Shown here piece by piece: positions 1-8,125 of a DNA stretch of 64,000 bases; position 1 is the first letter of the stretch; each line of letters opens with the position of its first letter. This stretch comes from Myxococcaceae bacterium (GTDB lineage: Bacteria; Myxococcota; Myxococcia; Myxococcales; Myxococcaceae). The DNA is taken from the NCBI GenBank assembly GCA_016793095.1, contig JAEUJQ010000037.1, positions 12,244-76,243 of the forward strand, given 5' to 3'. The position numbers were made by a program, and so were the translations under genes. Under the pieces are notes generated by a model that was not told where the DNA came from, ran no database searches, and saw only the letters and a program-made list of their open reading frames with translations.

Positions 1-3
1 AAC

Positions 4-981
4 ATGGCCGTCGGCGGCTTCGGTGAGCGCGGCACGGACACGTCGATGCCGGCGAGCGTCTACGCCGAGACCGTCACCAGCCCGAGCCTGTGGCCGCTGG
101 GGCTCGACGGCTCGCGTGGCGTTCGCGGCGCACCGGCCCGCGCCGAGGTGGAGCTCGCCCGGCAGGCCCGCGCCGACCTCGAGGCCTCGTCGGTGTTCGG
201 CGCCACGTTCCAGGACTCCGACGCGCTCAAGCGCTGGAACGCGCAGCGGGCGGAAGGCGCGCGGCTCGAGGCGCAGGACCTCATCACCCGGCTCAACGTC
301 ATCCCCGACCTGCCTCCGCGGGTGCCGCTCAGCCAGTACGGGCTGGCGTCGTCGCCCGACGGAGCGCGCGTCAGGCAGGCCTTCCCCGGTTTCTTCGACG
401 ACCCGTTCCAGGCGCAGGCGGCGCTCGCGTTCCTGCTGCTGAAGTACCGGGTCTCGGTGGCGGTCACCATCGGCCCGGACTTCAACGTCACGCTCGGGGG
501 CGCGAACGGCCTGGCGAACCCGCCGCTCGCCTTCGACTTCAGCCACAACGACCACCGCAGCGGGCAGGCCTTCATGTGGGCGCGCCTCCTCGCGAACCTC
601 GACCAGCTCATCACGCTGCTCAAGGCCGAGCCGTTCGACCCCGCGACCGGTGAGAGCCTGTGGGACCGCACGCTCATCTACGTCGCGACGGACTTCGGCC
701 GCACGCGCCCCCGCCCGGACAACGCGGTGGAGTTCGGCTCGGGGCACGACCTCAACAACGGCTTCTTGATGTTGTCGCCGATGGTGAAGGGGAACACGGT
801 GCTCGGCGGCGTCGAGGCGAGCTCGACGCTCTGCTACGGGTTCGACCCGCGCACCGGCACGCCCCAGCCCGGCAAGCTCGAGAGCAACGAGCCCGACATC
901 TTCTCGGGCGTCCTCACGGCGATGGGCGCCGACCTCTCGGGCAGCGGCCTGCCAGACGCGAGCGCCTTCAAGAATGGGTGA
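4..981 (+). CDS. DUF1501-like protein, 5'-truncated by the window edge
   Basis: Open frame runs from the window edge with no in-window start. The C-terminal segment TDFGRTRPRPDN..GSGHDLNNGFLMLSP..VLGG resembles the conserved DUF1501 C-terminus, and GC3 is high. Confidence 0.45.
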   Translation: MAVGGFGERGTDTSMPASVYAETVTSPSLWPLGLDGSRGVRGAPARAEVELARQARADLEASSVFGATFQDSDALKRWNAQRAEGARLEAQDLITRLNVIPDLPPRVPLSQYGLASSPDGARVRQAFPGFFDDPFQAQAALAFLLLKYRVSVAVTIGPDFNVTLGGANGLANPPLAFDFSHNDHRSGQAFMWARLLANLDQLITLLKAEPFDPATGESLWDRTLIYVATDFGRTRPRPDNAVEFGSGHDLNNGFLMLSPMVKGNTVLGGVEASSTLCYGFDPRTGTPQPGKLESNEPDIFSGVLTAMGADLSGSGLPDASAFKNG

Positions 982-999
982 CGTCGGGGTGAAGACCGC

Positions 1000-1701
1000 T
1001 CACTGACATCGGGGCGGGTCCAGCGCGCAGCCCAGCCTCCTCGGGGGCTGCCGCAGCGACACCTCGAGCGACTCGCCCAGCGGCCACGTGAGGGTGGTCT
1101 CCCGCCGGCACGTCTCACCCCCGCTGGGGAAGCGCCAGATCGCGAACACCGAGACCTCACCGCGCGGCGACGACGACCCTGCGCGCTCGTACACGCGCAG
1201 CCGCTTGCCCTCGACCAGCAGCGCGTCGGGCGGCTGCCAGTCAGGCGGCTCCGCGGGCCCTGTGAAGGCAGGCGTCACGAGGTCGCGCCTGGCGATGACG
1301 CTGGCCGCTGGCAACGCACCGGTGATGGTCCCGAGCACGGCCCCCACGGTGGCGAGGCTCGAGCGCGGCGGCGCGGCGGGCTCCGCTGCCGGCCGCTGGC
1401 CGCCGAGCAGCGCGAGCGCGCGGGACGGTGACCGCACCTCTCTCCAGCCCGGAATCGTCGGCCCGCTCAGCCTGCGGCTGTCACCTGCGACGACGAGCTC
1501 CTCGAGGGTCAGCAGCTCGCCGTCGATGCGCGCAGCGAAGAAGCCTGCGGGGTCGTTGGCCAGGTGGGTGAGCAGGGCCGCGTCGCCGCGAGCGCACGCG
1601 CCCAGCAGGTCACCCCGCGCGATGAGCTCGTCGGTGGTGGCGCAGGCGGAGCCCCACACCAGGAGCGTGATGACGGTCCGCATCGTCTCGTTCATCGGCA
1701 C
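1000..1701 (-). CDS. hypothetical secreted protein
   Basis: N-terminus MNETMRTVITLLVWGSACA reads as a signal peptide. It is convergent with the previous gene. No recognisable domain. Confidence 0.4.
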   Translation of the reverse strand: MPMNETMRTVITLLVWGSACATTDELIARGDLLGACARGDAALLTHLANDPAGFFAARIDGELLTLEELVVAGDSRRLSGPTIPGWREVRSPSRALALLGGQRPAAEPAAPPRSSLATVGAVLGTITGALPAASVIARRDLVTPAFTGPAEPPDWQPPDALLVEGKRLRVYERAGSSSPRGEVSVFAIWRFPSGGETCRRETTLTWPLGESLEVSLRQPPRRLGCALDPPRCQ

Positions 1702-1728
1702 GGTCGTGAGTCTTCTTCAGTCGGGGCG

Positions 1729-2706
1729 TCAGCGCGGCGGCAGCAGCGTCGTCTCGGTCGAGAAGTCGTCACCGAGGAACTCGAGCGTGACGGCGCCTCC
1801 GAGCTTCACCTTCGCGCCAGGCGGCAGCGGGGCCTCTTCACCGCTCTTGATGGCGCGACCGTCGATCTCCGTCGGGCTCTTCGAGACGGGCTTCAGCACG
1901 AAGCCGGTCGCGCGGCGGTGCAGCTCGAAGTGCCAGCGGCTCACCCGGCTCTGCAGCTCGGGGTCGGCGATGGCCAGCACGATGTCGTTCCCGGTGCCGT
2001 CGCCCTGGTCGCGCAGCCGGCCGAAGCGGATCACCTCCTGCTGCGGCAGCTTCAGCTCGGTGCCGTCCTCGAAGCGCACCCGGGTCGGGAAGTCCCGGGC
2101 GTCGAGCCACTCGACGGTGAAGAGGTCGTGCGTGCCGGGCACGCCCTTGAGCTGGACGTCGCGCACCCGGTGCGAGCGCAGCCTGAGCTCGGCGTCGGAG
2201 AGCTCGTGGAACGCCGCCTGGGAGATCCGCAGCTCATCGGCGGCGGCCGAGGCGGCCACCCGGCTCGCGAAGTTCACGGCGTCGCCCGAGACGAGGGTGC
2301 CGTCGGTGAGGGCGTGGCCGAAGTGAAGGCCGACGCGCACGTGGAGCCGATGCTCGACGGGCAGCGACTCGTTGTCGGCGATGATGGCGCGCAGCAGGTC
2401 GAGGAGCGCGCGGAGGGCGGCGGTGACGTCCTCGAAGCAGAGGAAGATGCCGTCGCCTGCGGTGTCGACGATGCGGCCTCCGGCGGGCAGCACGATGCGC
2501 GTCACCAGGTCGGTGTGGCGCTGCTGAAGCTTGCGGCCGGCCTCATCGCCGAACTTCGCGAAGTAGGGCGTCGAGCCCACCACGTCCGAGAACACCAGCG
2601 CGAGGCGCTTCTCGAAGCGGCGGACGAGGGCCCGCGATAGCACGTCCTGCAGGCGGATGAGCTCCGTCATCGACAACTGCTCAGCCAGCTCTTCGAACGA
2701 ACTCAC
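1729..2706 (-). CDS. class III adenylate/guanylate cyclase with C-terminal FHA domain
   Basis: The cyclase core LALVFSDVVGSTPYF..GDGIFLCF..NFASRV is followed by an FHA-like C-terminus (IRFGR....NDIVL). Confidence 0.8.
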   Translation of the reverse strand: MSSFEELAEQLSMTELIRLQDVLSRALVRRFEKRLALVFSDVVGSTPYFAKFGDEAGRKLQQRHTDLVTRIVLPAGGRIVDTAGDGIFLCFEDVTAALRALLDLLRAIIADNESLPVEHRLHVRVGLHFGHALTDGTLVSGDAVNFASRVAASAAADELRISQAAFHELSDAELRLRSHRVRDVQLKGVPGTHDLFTVEWLDARDFPTRVRFEDGTELKLPQQEVIRFGRLRDQGDGTGNDIVLAIADPELQSRVSRWHFELHRRATGFVLKPVSKSPTEIDGRAIKSGEEAPLPPGAKVKLGGAVTLEFLGDDFSTETTLLPPR

Positions 2707-2717
2707 GACAGCGACTC

Positions 2718-4061
2718 CTATCTCGCCGCGGACAGCGCGCGCACCCGCTCGGCGAGGTTGGTGCTGAACAGGCGGTAGATGCGCAGCGCCGCCGTCGGGG
2801 TGTTGGCCATGAACTGGCGGAAGGCCTCGCGCCCGATGAAGAGCGCCCGGGCGTTGGTCCGCGCCGTCACGCGCGCCGAGGTCGGCCCGTCGAGCAGCAG
2901 GGAGATCTCTCCCACCGAGCTCCCGGCGCCCAGGGTGTTGAGCAGCCGCGCGTCCTTGCCTGAGCCGTCGTACACCTCCACCTGGCCCTCGATGATGATG
3001 TAGAGGCCGCGCCCGGGTTCACCGGGCTCGATGAGGTGCGCCCCCGCCTTGAAGGTGTGGTGCACGCAGATGCGGAAGACCGCGCGCATGTCGTCGATGC
3101 TGAGGTCGGCGAAGAAGGGCAGCGCCTTGAGGAACCCGTAGGCCTCGCCGGTGAGCGCGAGCGGCTGCACCGTCTGAAGCACCGGCACGGGCTTGCGCTC
3201 CACCGGCGTCGAGACCGGCAGGCGCGCGCGCACCTTCACCGCCGCCTCGTGGTTGCCCAGGGACTCGAGGAGCGACGCCAGCAGGCTCAACAGCGAGGGG
3301 TCGTCCTTCCCGCTCCCGCTGCGGCCGCAGTTCATCAGCAACTGAACGGCCTTCTCGGCGTGCCCGTGCCCCGCGAGCAGCTCGGCGAGGCGCAGGTTTG
3401 GAGCGACCGCGCCTGGCGCCGCCGCGACCGCCCCGCGCAGGCTCTCGACCTCGCCGTGCAGGTTCCCCAGCGCCCGGTAGAGGTCAGCGGCCTGCTCGAA
3501 GCGACCCGCGCGGACGAGGCACTCTGCCAGCTGCTCGCGGGCGCCGGTCTGCGAGTACAGCGCGATGGCGTCGTCGATCCGGCCCGCGCGCTCGCAGGCG
3601 AACGCCGCCCGGGTCAGCTCGCCACAGCGCCTCCACGCCTCGGCCGCCTTCTGCAGCTCTCCCGCCTGCTCGAAGCAGGGGCCCGCCTCGGCGTCGAGCT
3701 TGAGCGCTTCATAGAGGGCGCCGGCGGCCGAGAAGTCGCGCGCTCGGCGGAACACCTGCGCGAGGTTCTTCCTCGAGTCGAAGGACGCGGTCTGCGCCTC
3801 GGCCAACAGGCTCTGCCGCACCGAGCCACCCGTCTCCTCGTAGAGCTTCACGGCCGCGTCGATGTCGCCCTTCGCCAGGACGGCGCGCAGCTGACCCAGA
3901 GACCCGCCGACCGGCACGAGCTGGCCGTCGCCGCCGTCATCGAGGAACTCGAACTCCATCGCTGAGTGGTTCATCGCCGCCACCATACAAGCGCCCTCCC
4001 GGGCCGCTGCGGGATTCGGCGCGGCGTCCGCTCCCAGTGAAACCGCACGATGGCCCGGCAC
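2718..4061 (-). CDS. cyclic-nucleotide-binding domain protein with TPR-like N-terminal region
   Basis: C-terminal cNMP-binding domain (FFADLSIDDMRAVFR..GEPGRGLYIIIEGQVEV..LGAGSSVGEISLL) and helical-repeat N-terminus. The true start may be the internal Met near 3974. Confidence 0.7.
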   Translation of the reverse strand: MPGHRAVSLGADAAPNPAAAREGACMVAAMNHSAMEFEFLDDGGDGQLVPVGGSLGQLRAVLAKGDIDAAVKLYEETGGSVRQSLLAEAQTASFDSRKNLAQVFRRARDFSAAGALYEALKLDAEAGPCFEQAGELQKAAEAWRRCGELTRAAFACERAGRIDDAIALYSQTGAREQLAECLVRAGRFEQAADLYRALGNLHGEVESLRGAVAAAPGAVAPNLRLAELLAGHGHAEKAVQLLMNCGRSGSGKDDPSLLSLLASLLESLGNHEAAVKVRARLPVSTPVERKPVPVLQTVQPLALTGEAYGFLKALPFFADLSIDDMRAVFRICVHHTFKAGAHLIEPGEPGRGLYIIIEGQVEVYDGSGKDARLLNTLGAGSSVGEISLLLDGPTSARVTARTNARALFIGREAFRQFMANTPTAALRIYRLFSTNLAERVRALSAAR

Positions 4062-4157
4062 CGCCGAGGGCGAGGTGAACGCCGCGGCGACCTGCGGCCG
4101 CTCGCACGCGCCGGTCGGAGCGGCGTCGGTCCCCGGGCACCACGAAGGCGGAGACCT

Positions 4158-4421
4158 CTACTGGGCGCACACCCACCCGGCGTCAGGCTGACACTGCGCG
4201 ACGCCCGCGGCGATGCAGTCGCCAGAGAGGTCGCCAGCCCCCGGGTAGACGCAGCTCAGGCCACTCGACGAGGGGCAGGCAGACGACGCCGTGCAGCGCG
4301 CGCGAGCAGCCGTCCACGTGGACGCGCACAACGGCGAGTTCACCACGGCGGGCGTCGGGCACGCCGGCTTCTGGGCACCACAGCCCGCCAGCGAGAGGAC
4401 GGACAGCAGGAGCAGCCTCAT
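4158..4421 (-). CDS. small Cys-rich lipoprotein
   Basis: MRLLLLSVLSLAGC lipobox followed by about 70 aa containing 8 Cys. The start was chosen at the internal Met of the longer ORF. Confidence 0.35.
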   Translation of the reverse strand: MRLLLLSVLSLAGCGAQKPACPTPAVVNSPLCASTWTAARARCTASSACPSSSGLSCVYPGAGDLSGDCIAAGVAQCQPDAGWVCAQ

Positions 4422-4503
4422 CACGCGGGAACAGACAGCGAAACCGCTGCGCAGGCAAGCGACGCCCTCGCGTTCGCGCGCGCGCTCATGCAACGTTCCA
4501 CGC

Positions 4504-5346
4504 GTGATCACGCCACGTCATCGCGTGCTGCCGTCGTCGGGTTGGCTGCTCGTGAGCACCGACCTGCACGGCAACCTCGAGGACTTCCGCGCCCTCGAGC
4601 GCGTCGCGGAGGACGCCTGGCGCGCCGGCGTGGAGCTCCACTGGGCGGTGCTGGGGGACCTCGTCCACGGCCCCGACGCCGAGGCCGCGGCGCGCACCCC
4701 GCAGCTCCATGGTTTCCCCGATGACAGCCCGGCCCTCATCGACGCGCTCACCGCCGTGATGGCACGGCACCCGGGACGCGTGCACTTCGTCCTCGGCAAC
4801 CACGACGCGGGGCACCTCGGGTTCAAACACACCGGTAAGTTCCACCCCGACGAAGTCGAGGCGCTCGAGGCGCGGCTGACGGTCGGCCAGCGCGACCGGC
4901 TGCAGCGGCTCTGCTCCGAAGCGCTGCTCGCGCTGGTGGCGCCGTGCGGGCTGCTGCTCACCCACGGTGCGCCTGGCGACGCGGTCGAGACGCTGGCGAT
5001 GCTCGACGGTCCGCTGCCGCCTGAGCGACCTGACGACGCCCGCTTCCGCGCCGTGAACGAGCTGTTGTGGAGCTACGGCCAGCCAGGTCCCGTCGCCGCC
5101 CGGCTGCTCGCGCGGGTCAGCGCCGAGACGGGCCATGAGCTGCGCGTGGTGGTGCACGGACACGACCGCGACGAGAGCGGGTGGTTCATCGAAGGCGAGA
5201 ACCAGGTCCAGCCGGTGCTGTTCGGGGCCCCGCGAGAGCAGAAGCGCTACCTCTGGGTGGACCTGTCCCTCCCGGTGAGCTCGTGTCAGGCCCTCGAGCG
5301 AGAGGCGCTTCGACGCCTGTACCCGTTGCGGGACGGGGGCGATTGA
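4504..5346 (+). CDS. metallophosphoesterase (calcineurin-like Ser/Thr phosphatase family)
   Basis: Motifs LVSTDLHGN, GDLVHGPD and GNHD are present. A GTG start at 4504 is inferred and the start is uncertain. Confidence 0.65.
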   Translation: MITPRHRVLPSSGWLLVSTDLHGNLEDFRALERVAEDAWRAGVELHWAVLGDLVHGPDAEAAARTPQLHGFPDDSPALIDALTAVMARHPGRVHFVLGNHDAGHLGFKHTGKFHPDEVEALEARLTVGQRDRLQRLCSEALLALVAPCGLLLTHGAPGDAVETLAMLDGPLPPERPDDARFRAVNELLWSYGQPGPVAARLLARVSAETGHELRVVVHGHDRDESGWFIEGENQVQPVLFGAPREQKRYLWVDLSLPVSSCQALEREALRRLYPLRDGGD

Positions 5347-5364
5347 CTCCACACTGTCGCTCCG

Positions 5365-6447
5365 ATGTTCCCCCGCGTCGCCGTGTGCTGCTTCGTGATG
5401 ACTGCCTGCACGGGCACGGCCATCTCCGAGCTCGGCCCGCCTCCACTCGATGACAGCGATGGGGGAACGGCCGGAGGCGAGGCGGGCGGGGACGCAGGCG
5501 GGGGGGCCGCGGGAGGAGGCTCGACGGCAGGAGGCTCGACGGCAGGGGGCTCGACGGCAGGTGGAGCGAGCGCCGGCGGCGCGGCAGGCGGCATGGTCGT
5601 CACCGGCCCCTGCTCGATGACAGGCGGCACGCGGGTCGAGCAGGTGTGTCGGCGGTGGCGCTGCGACCGCATGGACCTGAGTGAGGGCACGTGGTCGGGA
5701 ACGGTGTCTCCCTGCGCGGCCGGCGCGCTGAATGACACGGGCAGGAACAACGCGCTCAAGCTGATCAACCTGTACCGCTTCCTGGCCGACCTGCCGCCGG
5801 TGACGCTCGACGCCGCGAAGAACCAGTCGGCCCAGGAGTGCGCCCTGATGATGGACGCGAACAACCAGCTCAGCCACAGCCCGCCAGCGTCGTGGACCTG
5901 TTACTCGGCGAGCGGAGCGCAGGCCGCGGGGCGATCGAACATCTGCTCGACGCGCGCGGTCCGCTGCATCGACATGTACATGTCTGACTTCGGCAACGCG
6001 ACGACCATCGGCCACCGCCGATGGTTCCTGTCGAATCAGCTCGGCCCCATCGGCATCGGGGGCACCACCGGCGGCAGCTGCCACCACGTCATCGGCGGCT
6101 CGGGCACGTCGACGAAGCCCTGGCTCGCGTACCCACCACCCGGGCCGGTGCCGCTCGAGGCCATCGCCATCCCCGGCAACCCGTCGGTGGACTCCACGGG
6201 GTGGACGGTGCAGAGCTACGCGTCCACCTGGAGCCTCGTCGGCGCCACCGTCACGGTGACGGAGGGCGGGCAGAATCGCCCCGTGACCGTCACCCAGCTC
6301 GGCGACAACTACGGCAGCCGCTACGCCATCCGCTTCAACCCGGTGGGCTGGACGACCCAGGCTGGCCGCACCTACGACGTGACGGTCAGCGCCCCGGCCC
6401 TCTCCACGCCCATCACCTACTCCGTGCAGGTCGTCTCCTGCCCCTGA
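5365..6447 (+). CDS. CAP/SCP (PR-1-like) domain lipoprotein with Gly-rich linker
   Basis: Lipobox VMTACTG, a (GGxAGG)n linker, then a CAP-like core (LINLYRFLADLPPV..ECALMMDANNQLSH..GHRRWFL). Confidence 0.6.
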   Translation: MFPRVAVCCFVMTACTGTAISELGPPPLDDSDGGTAGGEAGGDAGGGAAGGGSTAGGSTAGGSTAGGASAGGAAGGMVVTGPCSMTGGTRVEQVCRRWRCDRMDLSEGTWSGTVSPCAAGALNDTGRNNALKLINLYRFLADLPPVTLDAAKNQSAQECALMMDANNQLSHSPPASWTCYSASGAQAAGRSNICSTRAVRCIDMYMSDFGNATTIGHRRWFLSNQLGPIGIGGTTGGSCHHVIGGSGTSTKPWLAYPPPGPVPLEAIAIPGNPSVDSTGWTVQSYASTWSLVGATVTVTEGGQNRPVTVTQLGDNYGSRYAIRFNPVGWTTQAGRTYDVTVSAPALSTPITYSVQVVSCP

Positions 6448-6487
6448 TGGTGGTAACGGAAGCGCGGGGGCGAGTGACGAGGACCTG

Positions 6488-8083
6488 ATGGAGCGGCTGC
6501 AGCACCTGCTGGACGAAGGCATCATCGACGAGGTCTTCCAACAGCTGAAGACCGGCAAAGAGGCCGAGGTCTGGCTCGTGAGCCATCGCGGCGAGCCAGT
6601 CGCGGCCAAGCTGTACAAGGAGCGCGAGTTCCGCAGCTTCAAGAACGACGCTGGCTACCTCGAGGGCCGGCAGGTGCGGAACACGCGCACGCAGCGCGCC
6701 ATGGACAAGGGCACCGCGTTCGGGCGTCGCGCCTCCGAGGAGGCGTGGAAGGCGTCCGAGGCCAACGCGCTCTACGCGCTGCACGCGGCAGGCGTCCGGG
6801 TGCCGAGGCCGGTGCTCTTCTACGAAGGCGTGCTGCTGATGGAGGTCATCGGTGACGCCGAAGGGCGTGTGGCGCCGCGGTTGGTGGAGGCCGGCATCAC
6901 GCGCGAGCAGGCACCAGGCCTCTACAGCCGGCTGCGCGGCGAGGTGGTGAAGATGCTCGCCGCCGACCTCATCCACGGCGACCTGTCGGAGTTCAACATC
7001 CTCCTCGGGGCCGATGGGCCCGTCATCATCGACTTCCCGCAGACGGTCGAGGCGGCGCGCAACTCACGCTCGGAGCACTTCTTCCGGCGCGACCTCGGGA
7101 ACCTGGTGCGCTTCTTCTCGGGCATCGACCCGGACCTCGCACGGCATCAGGGCGACGCGGACGAGATCTGGCGCGCCTACACCCGCCGCGAGCTGTCGGC
7201 CGACTTCGTGCCGACGGGCCGGAGCGCGTCGAGGCCACCCCATCCCCCGCGACCAGGCGGTCCCTTCCACGCGGGTCGCGCTGACTCGCCTCCGGGGCGC
7301 CGAGACGAGCGGCGCGGGCCGCCTCCATGGAAGCAGGGACGCGACGGCGGGAAGCCGCGTGGGCCGGGTGAGCAGCGTGGTCCGCGCGGCCCCGAGGTCT
7401 CGTTCAAGGGTCAGGGCCAGACGCCGACGGGAGGCGCGAGCGGGGTCACGACCGCTGCACCGCGCGACGCGAACGGGCCCGGCGCGAGAGGGAGTGGTGG
7501 GCATGCAGAGCACCGCGGGCCGCCATGGAAGCAAGGGCGTGACGGTGGAGCACCCGGGTCGAGTGAGCCGCGCGCGGCGAGAGGCCCCGAGCGCTCGTTC
7601 AACGGTCAGCAGAGTGCGAGCGGACAGGCTGAGCACCGCGGGCCGCCGTGGAAGCAGGGGCGTGACGGCGAAGGACGCGGGACGAGAGGCCCTGAGCGCT
7701 CGTTCAACGGCCAGCCGCAGGGCCCGAGCGGACGTGGAGAGCAACGCGGGTCGAGTGAGCCGCGCGGGACGAGAGGGCCCGAGCGCTCGTTCAACGGTCA
7801 GCCGCGGGGCGCGAGCGGACACGCTGAGCAGCGCGGGCCGAGTGAGCCACGCGAGACGAGAGGCCCCGAGCGCTCGTTCAACGGCCCGCCGCAGGGCGCG
7901 AGCGGACACGCCGAGCACCGCGGGCCGCCGTGGAAGCAGAGCCGTGACGGCGGCAAGCCACGCGGCGCGAACGAGCGCGGGCCCGGAGCTTCGTTCAACC
8001 GGCAGCCGACTGGAGAAGGAGGCTCCGACCGCCGTCCAGCCGGCGGGCGTGATTCGCGCCGACGTCGGCCGCGTCGCTGGTGA
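6488..8083 (+). CDS. RIO-type (PA4780-like) protein kinase with long Arg/Gly-rich repetitive C-terminal tail
   Basis: N-terminal RIO kinase core (EAEVWLV..AAKLYKE..LIHGDLSEFNILL..IIDFPQ). The C-terminal ~270 aa is a repeat of about 32 aa (HAEHRGPPWKQGRDG...RGPERSFNGQP). Confidence 0.7.
   Translation: MERLQHLLDEGIIDEVFQQLKTGKEAEVWLVSHRGEPVAAKLYKEREFRSFKNDAGYLEGRQVRNTRTQRAMDKGTAFGRRASEEAWKASEANALYALHAAGVRVPRPVLFYEGVLLMEVIGDAEGRVAPRLVEAGITREQAPGLYSRLRGEVVKMLAADLIHGDLSEFNILLGADGPVIIDFPQTVEAARNSRSEHFFRRDLGNLVRFFSGIDPDLARHQGDADEIWRAYTRRELSADFVPTGRSASRPPHPPRPGGPFHAGRADSPPGRRDERRGPPPWKQGRDGGKPRGPGEQRGPRGPEVSFKGQGQTPTGGASGVTTAAPRDANGPGARGSGGHAEHRGPPWKQGRDGGAPGSSEPRAARGPERSFNGQQSASGQAEHRGPPWKQGRDGEGRGTRGPERSFNGQPQGPSGRGEQRGSSEPRGTRGPERSFNGQPRGASGHAEQRGPSEPRETRGPERSFNGPPQGASGHAEHRGPPWKQSRDGGKPRGANERGPGASFNRQPTGEGGSDRRPAGGRDSRRRRPRRW
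7290..7990 (+). repeat. in-frame tandem repeat (about 96-99 bp x ~6) encoding the kinase tail
   Basis: Repeated DNA blocks of the form cgcgggccgccatggaagcagggacgcgacgg...cgagcgctcgttcaacggtcag are visible. Confidence 0.7.
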
Positions 8084-8125
8084 CCCAACCCGGTTGACGC
8101 CCTGGATGACGTCCCGTACGGGGAC

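Noticed and set aside
4486-6642. 718-aa minus-strand ORF spanning the phosphatase and CAP-lipoprotein genes
   Set aside because: Arg/Ala/Gly/Pro-rich low-complexity translation with no domain. It is antisense to two well-formed genes and is a typical high-GC shadow ORF.
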